Assembly: GCA_964016885.1 (NCBI GenBank)
Contig: OZ024740.1
Span: 26,908,001-26,972,000, forward strand
Direction of reading: 5' to 3'
Source of the DNA: Eledone cirrhosa
Lineage: Eukaryota
DNA length: 64,000 nt
Shown here: in pieces, positions 18,172 through 32,870 of the stretch
Numbering within the stretch: position 1 is the first letter of the stretch
Layout of the letters: each line of letters opens with the position of its first letter
Notes under the pieces: generated by a model
What the model was told of the DNA's origin: nothing
Databases searched by the model: none
The model's input: only the letters and a program-made list of their open reading frames with translations
Made by a program: the position numbers and the translations under genes

Positions 18172-18280
18172 TATATATATATATAAGTATATATATATAT
18201 ATTTATATCTATGTATATAAATATATATATATATATGTATGTATATATATATATGTGTATATACATATATATATGTATAA

Positions 18281-18396
<116 letters not shown>

Positions 18397-18397
18397 G

Positions 18398-18428
<31 letters not shown>

Positions 18429-18564
18429 TCATATATGTGTTTGTGTATTTGCATATAAGACCCTCCCAAATTATGACAATATATATATATAAGTATATAT
18501 ATGTACGTATGTATAATTATTTACGAAGAAAAATTTGTTAGTATTTCGATTGTTTAGTTATTAA

Positions 18565-18632
<68 letters not shown>

Positions 18633-18688
18633 TATATATGTACATATATATATATGCATATATATATATATGTATATATATAGATGTG

Positions 18689-18776
<88 letters not shown>

Positions 18777-18969
18777 ATATATGTATGTCTGTATGTATAT
18801 ATATATATTTATGTATGTGTGTATATGTGTATGTAATTATGAATGCATATATGATAGAATTGGACCTAGAATTCGTTGCAGTTAGCAGTGGAGATTAACA
18901 CATCTGAAATAGCGGTAGAGGTTATTGAAGAGAAAAAGCAAAGGAGACGCTAAACATAACTACAGTGAT

Positions 18970-19070
18970 TCCGAGGTTAACTTTGCCTTTCATCCTTACG
19001 GGGTCGATAAAATAATGTACCAGTAATACACCGAGTATTTGCTGGCCTTGTGCCAGAAGTAGAATGAATT
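18970..19070 (+). mobile_element. SINE family 1, 5'-truncated
   Basis: CCGAGGTTAACTTTGCCTTTCATCCTTACGGGGTCGATAAAATAA core plus 3' end. Confidence 0.85.
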
Positions 19071-19188
19071 ACTGTCGTAAAACATTATCAGTTACACAAC
19101 AGCATAGATTTCCGCACTCCCACGTATATATCCGCTGTATGTATATATAGAAATGTACACATATGCATACACACACACACATACATAC

Positions 19189-19221
<33 letters not shown>

Positions 19222-19417
19222 AACACACACAGACGCACACACAGAAACACACATAGACACACACAATTATATATATATGTGTCTGTGTTTATATATATAT
19301 ATGTGTGTGTTTGTGTTTGTGTGTGACTGTGGGTGTGTGTGTGTGTGTATATTTATTTAAATAGCTATAAAGCCACATAGACGACTCTTCTTTCCTTTAC
19401 ACTTCCTGTGGAATTAC

Positions 19418-19477
<60 letters not shown>

Positions 19478-19524
19478 GACATATATATATAAAGAGAGAG
19501 AGAGACATATATATATATATCGTG

Positions 19525-19567
<43 letters not shown>

Positions 19568-19763
19568 TACATATACATAGGAAAATATCAAGACACCGGG
19601 GAGTTGAACATTTTCCTATTACCCACTCTACTACCCAAAGTATTGACTAATCTGGTACGTTATGGTCCACCTAGTTCCTTACCACACTTCCTTCGTTTTA
19701 TATATATACATATATATATAGATATAGATATATACACATCTATATATACATACATATATACAT

Positions 19764-19886
<123 letters not shown>

Positions 19887-19912
19887 TACCACATATATAT
19901 ATATGTATATAA

Positions 19913-19990
<78 letters not shown>

Positions 19991-20134
19991 CTATATTCAT
20001 TTTCGGGATTGAATGTGTTTTAAGAGAGCAAAGTACGCGTGTTATATCAACATGTGTGTATTGAATGTGTATATATATATATATATAATGCCTATATATA
20101 TATATATATATAATACACATATATCAATAATTAT

Positions 20135-20212
<78 letters not shown>

Positions 20213-20213
20213 A

Positions 20214-20268
<55 letters not shown>

Positions 20269-20625
20269 GTAATATATATATATATATATTCTGGACAGAA
20301 ATAGCCGTCGAAACGGCTTGAGCTCTGCCGTCGGGGGAGGGTCATACTTTCTCCTATTACCCACTCTACTACCCTAAGTATTGAGTAATGTGGTACGCTA
20401 TGGTCCACCTCGTTCCTTACCATAATTCCTTTGTTATATATATACATATATATATATACATATTACGTATATATATATTTTCTAAATATAGATTTATATA
20501 CATATATCATAATATAAATATATGAATAACTATAATAATAAATACCCCCCACCCCCCGCTCTCAAGAGCGTGAAACTAATAAACCTTTCTTTGTACTGCC
20601 TCTATTTGTGTTCCCGTTCCAGTAT

Positions 20626-20682
<57 letters not shown>

Positions 20683-20687
20683 TATTG

Positions 20688-20753
20688 TATTTTGTCTGAA
20701 GAAGGCATTACATATTGTTAATATGATATCCCTGAAATATATATAATGAAATA
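20688..20753 (+). ncRNA. Minimal type I hammerhead ribozyme, family C
   Basis: TATTTTGT CTGAAGA AGG..CATATT-GTT-AATATG..CCT GAAA TATATA TA^ ATGAAATA. Helix I is 8 bp with wobbles, the core is intact and helix III is palindromic. Confidence 0.7.
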
Positions 20754-20793
20754 AATATGGTTTTATAAATATAGTTTCCATTTATTTAATATC

Positions 20794-20824
<31 letters not shown>

Positions 20825-20825
20825 T

Positions 20826-20865
<40 letters not shown>

Positions 20866-21276
20866 CTATACTAAATATACACGGGTGTGTATGATTGTGT
20901 ATCGAAGATTATATTAATAAGAGGAATTCCAACTTTGTCTGATTTACTCGTTTTATTTACAATCCTTTAAAATTTATAATGGTATTATAATGAAATAGTA
21001 TGATAGAATATTAAATGTTAAGTGTTAATTAATATATATATATACACATAAATATTATATATATATATACAGAAATATTATATATATATATATATGTAAG
21101 TATGTATGTATGTATACGTACATACATATATGTATACAGACGTACAGTAGTATGTATATATATACACTACTGTACGTCTGTATACATATATGTATGTACG
21201 TATACATACATACTTACATTTAAGTAAGTGCCGTACCAAGTGTGAGAAATGAAATTTCGTTTCATTCTATTCCATT

Positions 21277-21314
<38 letters not shown>

Positions 21315-21317
21315 AAC

Positions 21318-21402
<85 letters not shown>

Positions 21403-21443
21403 GATATATTAACAAATGGAAACTATATTTATAAAACCATATT

Positions 21444-21490
21444 TATTTCATTATATATATTTCAAAGACACCATGTCATCAGATAAAATA
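21444..21490 (-). ncRNA. Hammerhead motif, family C, helix II partly deleted
   Basis: Reverse complement reads TATTTTAT CTGATGA CATGGTGTCTTT GAAA TATATA TA ATGAAATA. Confidence 0.5.
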
Positions 21491-21767
21491 TAATATAGAT
21501 TAGTTTTATAAATAAATATTTATAAATAAATATGTATTGACATACCCTTAAAGAATGCGACCATTTCTGTTGGAAGCTCCCGGATAGTGGGGTTATTAAA
21601 ATTAGTGTCGTATTTTTACTCCAATAATTTGTTGAGTGCTTTATATCAGTTATAATAATATTTGCTTGTTGTATCCCAACAATTTAAATAGAACTTCTAC
21701 ATATATATATATGTATATATATAAATTCATATATATATATATGTATATATATATATATTATATACAT

Positions 21768-21881
21768 CTGAGTTTAAATCCCGCCGAGGTTGACTTTGCC
21801 TTTCATCCTTACGGGGTCGATAAAATAAAGTATCAGTAATACACTGGATAATTGCTGGCCTTGTGCCTAAAGTAGAAACAA
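21768..21881 (+). mobile_element. SINE family 1, 5'-truncated
   Basis: Runs from the B box through the core to AAGTAGAAACAA. Confidence 0.85.
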
Positions 21882-22007
21882 GTATATACATATATATATA
21901 TATATGACACATCTATATAAAATAATCTTTTTAATAACATTGCTGTATATACAAATAATATGAGTATAATATCCATCTTACACACTCTTTCTACAAATAT
22001 ATATATA

Positions 22008-22108
<101 letters not shown>

Positions 22109-22374
22109 GTCTTCTACAGGACTAGAAATGTTTCATTATCCGAAGGAAATCATCAGGAAACCCTGGTGATTCCATTCGAATGAAACAGTGCTAGCCCTGT
22201 AGAAGCCATTTCTATATTAAAAGTGTATACTCTGCTATGTATTGAGTACCTAGGTTACTGTGGTAACCCGCTATTGAACCCGGGATTCACATACACACAC
22301 ACACACACATACACACCCTCACACACGCACATACACGTACACACGCGCGCACACACACACTCACACACACACAC

Positions 22375-22489
<115 letters not shown>

Positions 22490-23239
22490 GGTGGGTTATA
22501 TCTTTGAATTTGAAATATATTAATATGTTGTGTGCTTATTTCATAATATGTAGTCAACTTAAATGTAATTGGATTTGCTCATCTCTCGGGAATTTGTGAC
22601 ACCGTAGAATTAAGCTTCCGTAGAATTAAGTTTCCGAAATGACATACTAAGAAACCCTGAAGTCCTCTGTGAAAAAAGATTCACAATATTTCATTTTTAT
22701 TTTCCAGAATTTTTTTTCAGTTCTCCGGGAAAATTTTTAATTAATAAATTTACTCTCTAAACTAATTTTGGTTTTATATAATGCCGTATTTAAATTATAG
22801 TATTGTTGATTGTGGCTAAAATATAGGTCTATATACGCGACTTTTTTTTTTTTTTCGAAGTCGTCCAAGATATAATAATTCCATTTATAGATTAAAGAAA
22901 ATATATTATCAAGTAGATAACTTATAAAATATGTAATCCAATGGAAACTGCATCTCAGGTTCAAATTCCACCCCAATGATTTAATTAATTTCTGTAACTA
23001 ATATTTTGGGAGTAGGGTTTACCAGGAAAAAATATACATTTTAGGTACATACTTGTATATAGATGTGTGTGTGTGTGTATGTGTGTGTGTGTGTCCGTGT
23101 GCGTGTGTGTGTGTATGTGTGTGCGTGCGCGTGTGTGTGTGTAGTGTGTAGTGTGTTCCGTTTACATGTATATATTACAATAAATATATAAATATGCTCT
23201 TCTGTATATATCTCTATGTAAACCCACACATACACGCAC

Positions 23240-23284
<45 letters not shown>

Positions 23285-23295
23285 TACTCACCCTC

Positions 23296-23350
<55 letters not shown>

Positions 23351-23389
23351 ACACATATATATGTATTGCTCCTTTATTGTCGAGCACTT

Positions 23390-23420
<31 letters not shown>

Positions 23421-23583
23421 GTTTTAATATAGAAGAGCTTCTGCAGAACTAGAACTGTTTCATTCGTGAGAAATCATCAGGAAGCTGGCTGTCCAAGTAA
23501 ATGGTAGTATTTATTTATCTGGTGGTAGGAGACGGTGGGGGTTGGGATGGGTGTATGTCATTATATATATATACGTTTGTGTG

Positions 23584-23700
23584 AAGGTGCATGGCTAGAA
23601 CGAGGTTGGCCTTACTATCGGGAGTGCGTTGTCCTTGAGCAAGACACTTTATTTCACGATACCATAGTATACTCAGCTATAGAAAATAGGTGCGAAGTCA
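23584..23700 (+). mobile_element. tRNA-derived SINE, family 2 (CORE-like), degraded
   Basis: GTCCTTGAGCAAGACACTTTATTTCAC..ACTCAGCT; related copies at 32725-32870 (+) and ~34140-34250 (-). Confidence 0.6.
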
Positions 23701-23809
23701 GTATGCATCAATGACTGTTGTTTTTCGACAAACAAGAGTCTGTACCTGTGCCTTAGATGAAGACTTTCTACATGCAAAGCCCTCCCTGCGAGGGATGTTC
23801 TCTACTTGT

Positions 23810-23875
<66 letters not shown>

Positions 23876-23897
23876 TCTTTATCTCACTATCTCTCCC

Positions 23898-23930
<33 letters not shown>

Positions 23931-23943
23931 ATATCTATATATC

Positions 23944-23974
<31 letters not shown>

Positions 23975-24107
23975 TTGTATATATAAAAACTTTTCGCTCT
24001 ACATGGCTGAATACAATAAATGTATTCTGAGCAAGAATGAGGGGCTCATTCTAATGACATGTCTTTAAAAATTATGATTAATATACTTATGATTAAAAAA
24101 CTCTGAT

Positions 24108-24149
<42 letters not shown>

Positions 24150-24296
24150 GTAATAATAATAATAATAGTAATAATAATAAATTTGAAGACTAAAATCCAA
24201 AGAGGGCTCGATAGTTAGTTTCAGAAGATCCCGTTAAGGGTGAAAGCAGCGATTCTTTGCTTAAACTTTAATCTGTTATTTTAATAAATATATATA

Positions 24297-24380
<84 letters not shown>

Positions 24381-24783
24381 TTTCAAAGTAAAGGGTGTCA
24401 TGAATGATACAAAATCAAACATATGTCTTGTCTCTAAAAACAGATAGAATTCAGAGAATAAAATCGACCCTTAATCATTATAAGAAAGTGATTGAAATAT
24501 ATTCATACACACATACATACATATATACATATATACATATATATAGATATATATATGTCAGTTGTGGGGAAATATAAGGTTGGACAAGAACGGGTCGATT
24601 CCTGACAGACGTAAATGCATTTATATCCCCTCAGAAAAAAAAATGCATATATGTATGTATATTAAATATATATATGTATAAATCTAAGGTAAAAGACTAA
24701 TTGTCAACAATATCTTTTGCATTTGCATTCTTTATTCTATGTCCATACCTGCATTGTTTTGGCTTTATTATACATATACAAAC

Positions 24784-24997
<214 letters not shown>

Positions 24998-25129
24998 GTG
25001 AGGTTTTTTTTAACAAAATGAAAAATAACCGAGGTATCCTACACGAGTGAAAGTATAAAGAAAAAGAGATGAAATCGAAAATGCAACTGGAGTCTTATTT
25101 TTTTTTTAAATATATATATTTATTTGGTT

Positions 25130-25167
25130 CCTTTACCGGTTTCGCAGTTCTTCTGCTTTTCAAAAGG
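25130..25167 (-). ncRNA. Minimal type I hammerhead ribozyme, U3:A8 core variant
   Basis: Reverse complement reads CCTT TTGAAAA GCAG-AAGAA-CTGC GAAA CCGG TA^ AAGG. Confidence 0.7.
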
Positions 25168-26034
25168 TGAGTTGAGATGGAGGGTCTGTGGTTTTTCTCA
25201 CATCTGGTTGGTCTCTGAATGTTACTTGTTTTATATGGAAAAAGTGGCTCGAAATGCCAGGTTTTTCGAGAAGTAATTTGTTGGTTTGTCAATAATTATA
25301 ATAAATTTCGCGCCAGTTCGCGTTACAATAGTTCTTCAAATAAGAGGGGGTGTTGTCACAGGTTGTTTTTTCATATATGAGTGTTTGAATTTTTTTTTAC
25401 TTGAAAAAAGGAGGCTCAAATCACGTTTATTAAAAAAAAGCCTTCGTGAGCCACCTTTTTTTAAAGTAAAGAAATTCAAACACACACACACACGCACACA
25501 CACAAGCACACAAATAAACACACATATCTTTACTTTCTTTATTCAATAGAAAATCTGAATTCTGACACCCCAGCGAACTAACCATATTCACTGAACCAGA
25601 ACAATTCTCCCATCCCTTTCTCTTGACCATTATCTTTCACTTATCAAAAAATTCTCTAAAAAGGCTACAGAATGGATTTTCAAATAAGGGCACAAAAATT
25701 TTATGAAAATTTGTTCACGTGACAGCCATAATTTCATTTATAACCAACTAAAAAAAAAAAAAAAAAAAAAAAAAAGGCTTCGTGAGCCTCCTTTTTTCAA
25801 GTAAAAAGAAATTCAAACACTCATATATGAAAAAACAACCTGTGACAACACCCCCTCTTATTTGAAGAACTATTGTAACGCGAAATGGCGCGAAATTTAT
25901 TATAATTATTGACAAACCAATCAAATTACTTCTCGAAAAACCTGGCAATTCGAGCCACTTTTTCCATATAAAACAAGTAACATTCAGAGACCAACCAGAT
26001 GTGAGAAAAACCACAGACCCTCCATCTCAACTCA

Positions 26035-26072
26035 CCGTTTGAAAAGCAGAAGAACTGCGAAACCGGTAAAGG
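26035..26072 (+). ncRNA. Minimal hammerhead, U3:A8 variant, second copy
   Basis: CCGT TTGAAAA GCAG-AAGAA-CTGC GAAA CCGG TA^ AAGG; one helix I mismatch. Confidence 0.6.
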
Positions 26073-26152
26073 AACCAAATAAATATATATATTTTTAAAA
26101 AAAATAAGACTCCAGTTGCATTTTCGATTTCATCTCTTTTTCTTTATATATA

Positions 26153-26249
<97 letters not shown>

Positions 26250-26569
26250 TAAATAAACACACATATATGCATTTTTTTTTCTGAGTGTATGTCTCGGCTT
26301 GTGCGTGCGTTGGTCACCCAAGGAAATATAAATGCATTTATGTCTGTCAGGAATCGGCCCTTTCTTGTCCTACCTTATATTTCCCCACAACTCACATATT
26401 TCTAGTAGATCAAAGCAGGCTTTAAATTCCATCCATTCCGCTTTTATCAATTCGCGTCCAATTGTTGTCCACTATCTTTCTTTTTATTTTTTTTAAATAT
26501 ATATGTGTGTGTGTGAAAATATACATAGTGGCCACAGGCATAATAGTATAGACTTGGTTGAATAATATA

Positions 26570-26755
26570 ATTGTTTCTACTTTTGGCACAAGGCCAGCAA
26601 TATTCCCAGTGTATTACTCGTACTTTATTTTATCGAACTCGTAAGGATGAAATGCAAAGTTAACCTCGATGGGATTTGAACTCAGCCGTAAAGGGACGTA
26701 ACTATGCTAGAAAGCATGGCGTCAGACCCTCTACCGATACTGCCAATTCACCTAC
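26570..26755 (-). mobile_element. SINE family 1
   Basis: Full-length reverse-complement copy. Confidence 0.85.
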
Positions 26756-27072
26756 GGGCTATTTCTTTAAGCCACGTGTGTATCCTTGAGAACTACTGTA
26801 TTCGCATAACCATATGTGGAATACTCAGTCACTTTCCATAGTAAGTCAATGTGTAAGTAGCAGCAACCTGAGGTTTGCACATTATTGAAGTCTTGAGAAT
26901 CGAACATACGCACCTGCTCACATAAGACAATACACTTGCCCTTTCACACACACACACACACACACATACACACACATATATATAGAGAGAGGGAGAGAGA
27001 TGAGAGAGAGAGAGAGCGAAAGAAAGAAAGAGAGAGAGAGAGAGAGAGTGAGAGAGAGTGAGAGAGAGAGAC

Positions 27073-27189
<117 letters not shown>

Positions 27190-27227
27190 TTAATCGGGTC
27201 TAGTCATAATGCAATATATATATATAA

Positions 27228-27400
27228 TGGTTCCTGATTTAGGCACAAGGCCAACACTTTCGGGTGAGGGAAAGTCGATTAAATCGACCTCAGAGCATTA
27301 CTGATACTTTATTTTTTTCGAACCCGTAAGGATGAACGGCAAAGCTAACCTCATCGGGATTTGATCTCAGATCGTAAAGGGGCGTAACCCTATGTCATAA
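27228..27400 (-). mobile_element. SINE family 1, long/older subfamily
   Basis: Core plus an extra GTCGATTAAATCGAC hairpin segment. Confidence 0.8.
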
Positions 27401-27479
27401 AGTCAATGTAATATACATATATTAAAAATCATATTAAATCGAATTGAAACATATGAGGGAAACCCCCACCGCCAACAGT

Positions 27480-28330
27480 GTGAGATGCTCCCACCCATTG
27501 ATGAGGAGGATATTTTACCTCTCACACCAGAAAAATGGACCTTCCAGACTTCCCGGACTTACCCTTTATCAACTTTGGTTTTACCAGAACTTTGAATCCA
27601 CCTACAACATTGTCTAAGATAGATCTGAGATATTTATCAACTATTTGCCGTCCAGGCGTCTTTCATTATTCCATCTTCTTAATATATCCTCACATTATGT
27701 GTGCTTTCCTATTTTTTTTTTTGAGATATTACCAGCATTTCATATCGTTTTTAATTATCGGTGACCATGATATACGGGCATTTTAGAAATGTAGAGGACA
27801 GTTCGTGAGTGAATACGTCATATTTTCTCCCTATAGTCTTGGATCATGCTATTTAACGTTCTCCATCTGCTTTCCTTGGCTGCGAGACTATTGGATTGAA
27901 CTGCTACTCGAAGACTTTGAGCGGGTCTGTGCTGTTGGATAAGTCATCTCGGTGAATCAGTGTATGGCTACTCCAACACCTCTTGCTGTTTGCACTAAAC
28001 ACGAGTTGATTTTATTTGCTTTCTTCTCTGGCTATCATCTGAGCACCAACTAGTAATGCTCTGAAAATTGAGATATCAATAACCCTCGTTTGCACAAATG
28101 GAGCTTCTGATCGTGTTCTTTGTACTTCACCTATATTCTGAAACAACACACCACTTTTTTTTTCCACAACCTGAAACATCAGATATCTGGTCATACCGAA
28201 GTTTGTGCCTGGTCTTGAATCTTAGGCACAAACTTCGGTATGACTTGCCTCAGTCTATGAAACGTATACTCTGGCACATATCAGTGAGTTCTCCTTTCCG
28301 ATAACGTGTAGAAGACACTTTTTTAACAGG
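27480..28330 (-). mobile_element. Possible heavily decayed RTE-like LINE fragment
   Basis: Minus frames RALLVGAQMIAREESK and EDILRRWNNERR sit in the expected order for the YADD-region and GHILR-region motifs, but are very degenerate. Confidence 0.3.
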
Positions 28331-28880
28331 GATATGTCATTTATCTTCTCGTTCTACCTTCCTAAATCAGAAACCATTATGTGCCTGAACTTGGTTGATG
28401 TCTAATATATTTGTTATGTCTTGCTAGTCGAACAACAATGAGTTGGTGTTTTTAGTGGTACGTTTACTATTGACATTTCTGTTTGCGATATTGCCACATT
28501 TTCTTTTGTTTGTTAAATTATAACCGTTTTTACATAGAGGCTTTGCATAGATTTTCTCTGTAAATAACTGACCTGTTCAACCTGTTCAAAATAGCTTTTA
28601 AATCTCCCAAAATAATATCCTGTCGGTTAAGAATACAGTAAAACATTTTGGAAAATATAACTCTAGATCAATTATGCCTGGAAACATTAGACTCCATGAT
28701 CTAGGACAACGATGACACTCATCTATTCAGATTCAATACATTATGGCGAGGAGGCAGACACCTATGTCCTCATTGATGAAGGAAGTGTTACATTATCCAT
28801 ATAATACTGATAGTAATAGTTTCAATGCTGATTTGAAGTGTGTTTAGCAATTAACAATTACTGGTACAAAGATAAAATAA

Positions 28881-29071
28881 TTGTTTCTATTTTTGGCACA
28901 AGGCCAGCAATTTCCCCCTGTGCATTACTGGTACTTTATTTTATGGACCCTGTAAGGATGAAAGGCAGAGGTAACCGCGGCGGGATTTGAACTCAGAAAG
29001 TAAAGGGCCATAATTCTCTGCTGCAAAGCATGTTGTCTGACGCTCTACCGATTCTGCCAATCCACCACCCT
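28881..29071 (-). mobile_element. SINE family 1 with 16-bp TSD
   Basis: TACAAAGATAAAATAA at 28865-28880 and 29072-29087. Confidence 0.9.
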
Positions 29072-29429
29072 TACAAAGATAAAATAACGCTTTGTTGTTT
29101 TCATTGCGAAAATGATTTTAAATTCTCGATCGTTATGAAGCTTTATTTTAAAATATTTAGGTCCCAGCAATGTTTTTTTAACTAAAGTCTGGCTATGATG
29201 TTGCGATGGGAGGAGATACACTACTTAATGGAAACAATACTATTCTATCACAAAGTTTATTTCCTTACAAGTATATAAAAGGGTAGGACCTGTCGGTTTA
29301 TTTGGAGTCAAACAAAATGCATTTCCTCACAGAAATGTACCTTAATTATACAGGGATTGTTTTTAATCTTTTAGTCCAATTGCGCTGGGTATCGCATGGT
29401 GTGAAAAGCTTCCTCTAAACCACACAACC

Positions 29430-29765
29430 CACTGCTTCTCACTGTCATCCATTCCAGGGACATTGACGGGTTCACATCATTTTGAAATGGTCGTTAACAG
29501 GTGATCCTCTACCCGCTCCTTTTCCTTGCTACGTAATTATTTGTTGCACCGATAGTAACTTTTCTCTCCTCGGGATCTCTTCATGTGTAATCTGGTCGCG
29601 TCATTCCACCTTCATAATCTTTCTGAGGCACATTTTGATAGAAGGGACGTAGCTGACGATATTTGCCATAGGCTTCGTAGGCATAACTTGCTGTAGGGAG
29701 AACGGAGGGGTTTTATAGGCACGGGTTCACACAGGCTAAAGCTGACAACGTTTTGCTCTGATGCA
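29430..29765 (-). mobile_element. Decayed RTE-clade LINE, C-terminal fragment
   Basis: RQLRPFYQ..CLRKIMKVE*RDQITHEEIPRREKLLSVQQIIT matches the RTE post-RT pattern FHxRCLRxILxIxWxDxITNEEVLRR. Confidence 0.7.
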
Positions 29766-29769
29766 ACAT

Positions 29770-30073
<304 letters not shown>

Positions 30074-30085
30074 AATAACAATAAC

Positions 30086-30118
<33 letters not shown>

Positions 30119-30119
<1 letters not shown>

Positions 30120-30722
30120 TTGGATAATGTGTAAGCATTTTGACCTGCCCCATCAAAAGAATTGGTGGGAGCATCAGCCACCTCCCATACTTGAAAAAGA
30201 TCACATCTCAATCTTGTGGAACTTTAGCATCCAAACAGACCGAAAAATAGATGCAAATAGATCTGATATAATATTGAAGGACTTTAAAAAGAGGGTATGC
30301 CTGCTAATTGATATGTCCGTTCCAATAGACAAGAATGTATCTATAAAAACATTTGAAAAATTGAGCAAGTATAAGGACCTGGAGATAGAAATTGGAAAAA
30401 TGTGGAAATTGAGAACTAAAACAATACCAGTGGTTGTAGGCGCTCTGGGAATGATACCTAAGGGGTCTAATGATTACTTATCGCAAATCCCAGGAAACCC
30501 GCGTATAGGAGAAATACAAAAGATAGTACTAATGGGAACTGCCCATATACTAAGGAAGATTCTGTCAATATAAGTACATCACAAGTCTAAACACTAAAGA
30601 TGCATGTGTGAGTATGTATGTTCTTTCTTGAACATGGTGGACCTTGTTGTCTCTTGAGGTCACTGGTTGTGACTTGGTGATAACTCGTATGGACATAAAG
30701 CAAGATAAATGCATAATAAATG
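30119..30722 (+). mobile_element. R4/Dong-clade non-LTR retrotransposon, 5'-truncated, restriction-like endonuclease domain (family b)
   Basis: ORF 30127-30573: WWEHQP..ILWNFSIQTDRKIDANRSDI..LIDMSVP..EKLSKYKDLEIEIGKMW..IPVVVGALG..QKIVLMGTAHILRK; flanked by (TAA)n, the known Dong target. Confidence 0.9.
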
Positions 30723-30733
30723 TAATAATAATA

Positions 30734-30797
<64 letters not shown>

Positions 30798-31206
30798 GCT
30801 GTTAATGATGATGATCATGATAATCTGACGGAAGTATATTGAAAAGAGGCCTTCATATAATCGATAAAGACCAATTTATCAAAGTGACTGTAGTGAGCAA
30901 TTGTATTGTGAAAATATTGTTAATTCGCACTGTGTGACCTTGTTACGTTACACACCAATGACGTAACGTACTGAAGGGGAAGTGAGTGAAACTTCCGAGA
31001 GTATGAACTATGATAGGTTCATATATACACATTCAATACATTTGTTGTGGTAATGGTAGTAGAGTATAGGGGAATAGCATAGAGCTGGATAAACATACAA
31101 GGTGACCATCACATGGAAAATGTAATATGTTTATCCAAAATGACTTCAAGCTAAGTTGAATATACACACGCATAGCTACACGAATAAACACACATACAAA
31201 CACACA

Positions 31207-31249
<43 letters not shown>

Positions 31250-31365
31250 ATGATAAACGTGAAGACTGAAATCCGAAGAGGGCTCGATGAGAATTATATA
31301 TATATAATAATAGATTTTTTCCGTAAACTTTAATCTGATCTCTATATATAATATATATATACACA

Positions 31366-31426
<61 letters not shown>

Positions 31427-31954
31427 ATAATAATAAAATTGAAGACTAAAATCCAAAGAGGGCTCGATAAGGAAAATATATATCAAATATATAAGAACCG
31501 TAGAGCAAATATATATATATATGTATATATATATAAAGGCGCTGCAATGCGGTATAAGTATGTAAAATGACAAATAAAACAAAACCGTATATCTCAAACG
31601 TGAAACGGAAATGGTTTGATAAAAAATGAACGATCGATGTCTTATTCCCTAACAGATTATAATATGAATTTCTGTTGTGTTATTTGACATCCTTTACCCT
31701 TTATATATTTCTAGTACATTGTATCGGGTTTTGAAACTTATCTGTTTTGAAACTTATCTCACAATGCTTCGTATTAATTACATAAGCTCAAACTATAATG
31801 TATTTCGAACTCATTACTAAAATACGGGTTTAGCAATTACTAGCAAGTACCTATATTTCCCGTCTCACCTAGTCCTATTGCTCGCTTTAGGGGACTATAT
31901 TTTACATCTGGTCTGGGCTTACTAGTTTATGTTAATATTAGACATGCTTTTTAG

Positions 31955-32165
31955 GGCAGTGGATTGGCAGTATCGGTGGAGTGTCGGTCAACATGCTTTA
32001 TGGCATAGAGTTAAGGCCCTTTTATGATCTAAGTTCAAATCCTATCTAGGTTAGCTTTGCCTTTCATGCTTACGGGATCGATACAATCAAGTACCAGTAA
32101 TGTATTGGAGTCGATTTAGTCGACGTCCCCCAAAAATAAAAATGGTTGGCCTGGTCAGAAACCAA
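31955..32165 (+). mobile_element. SINE family 1, long subfamily
   Basis: A/B boxes, core and GTCGATTTAGTCGAC segment. Confidence 0.8.
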
Positions 32166-32724
32166 ATTTTAAAGATGTCTATAGAAATTGAATTACTCTC
32201 GCCAGGGTGTCGTTCTATTGATCAAACAACTGGAACGTTCTTTGAAACAAACAGTGGTCTATTTTTTTTGTTTGTTTTTTGTTCTGCTAAATTATTGACG
32301 TATATTACATATTAACAAAGTTTAGCAAATTATTAAATTATCGGGACACAAGCCGTATATAGATGCATCATATCATTAAGTTAGGCATGTTAGAAAATAG
32401 TGTAACTATTTGCTGAATCAAATGAATATTAGTAAAATGAGGGTAGATTTTGGTAGACTCAGGTAGACACCTGTGAGATTACAGTCATAAAGACTCAGAA
32501 TTCTGTTACTACGGGCCGGCAACTGTAGGGAAAATTGTGGATGGAGAAAGAATGAGAATCTTAGACCAAAAGTTTGCAACAAGTGTGAACTCCGCAAATA
32601 GCATCTGAGAATGTATTGCTGTTCTTGTTATTTAGTCACAGGATAATCCTGGTCAACAAGAAACTATGAACTTTGACGTTTTCCGTATGTGACACCCAGT
32701 TAATTTTTTAGGTATAGTGTATTC

Positions 32725-32870
32725 GCGCATAGCTTAGTGGTTAGAGTATTGGGCTTGCAGTCGCGAGGTTATGAGTTCGATTTTCGGACAGAGTGTTGCG
32801 CTGTGTCCATCCACAAGACAATTTATTTCACATTCCTCCAGTTTACTCGGGTATAAAAATGTGTTGCGAC
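32725..32870 (+). mobile_element. tRNA-derived SINE, family 2
   Basis: A box TAGCTTAGTGGTT, B box GAGTTCGATT, then TGTGTCC..CAAGACAATTTATTTCAC. Confidence 0.7.

Larger units (their letters stand above)
25054..26148. mobile_element. Inverted-repeat structure (arms 25054-25418 and 25783-26148), Penelope-like terminal repeat
   Basis: ~365-bp near-identical reverse-complement arms, bounded by (TA)n, each carrying a hammerhead motif followed by AATAAA. Confidence 0.75.

Noticed and set aside
30127-30573. Host protein-coding gene
   Set aside because: It is the C-terminal endonuclease of a truncated R4/Dong element; the ATG is internal.
32725-32800. tRNA gene
   Set aside because: A/B boxes are present but there is no cloverleaf and it continues into a SINE body; the same applies to family 1 heads.
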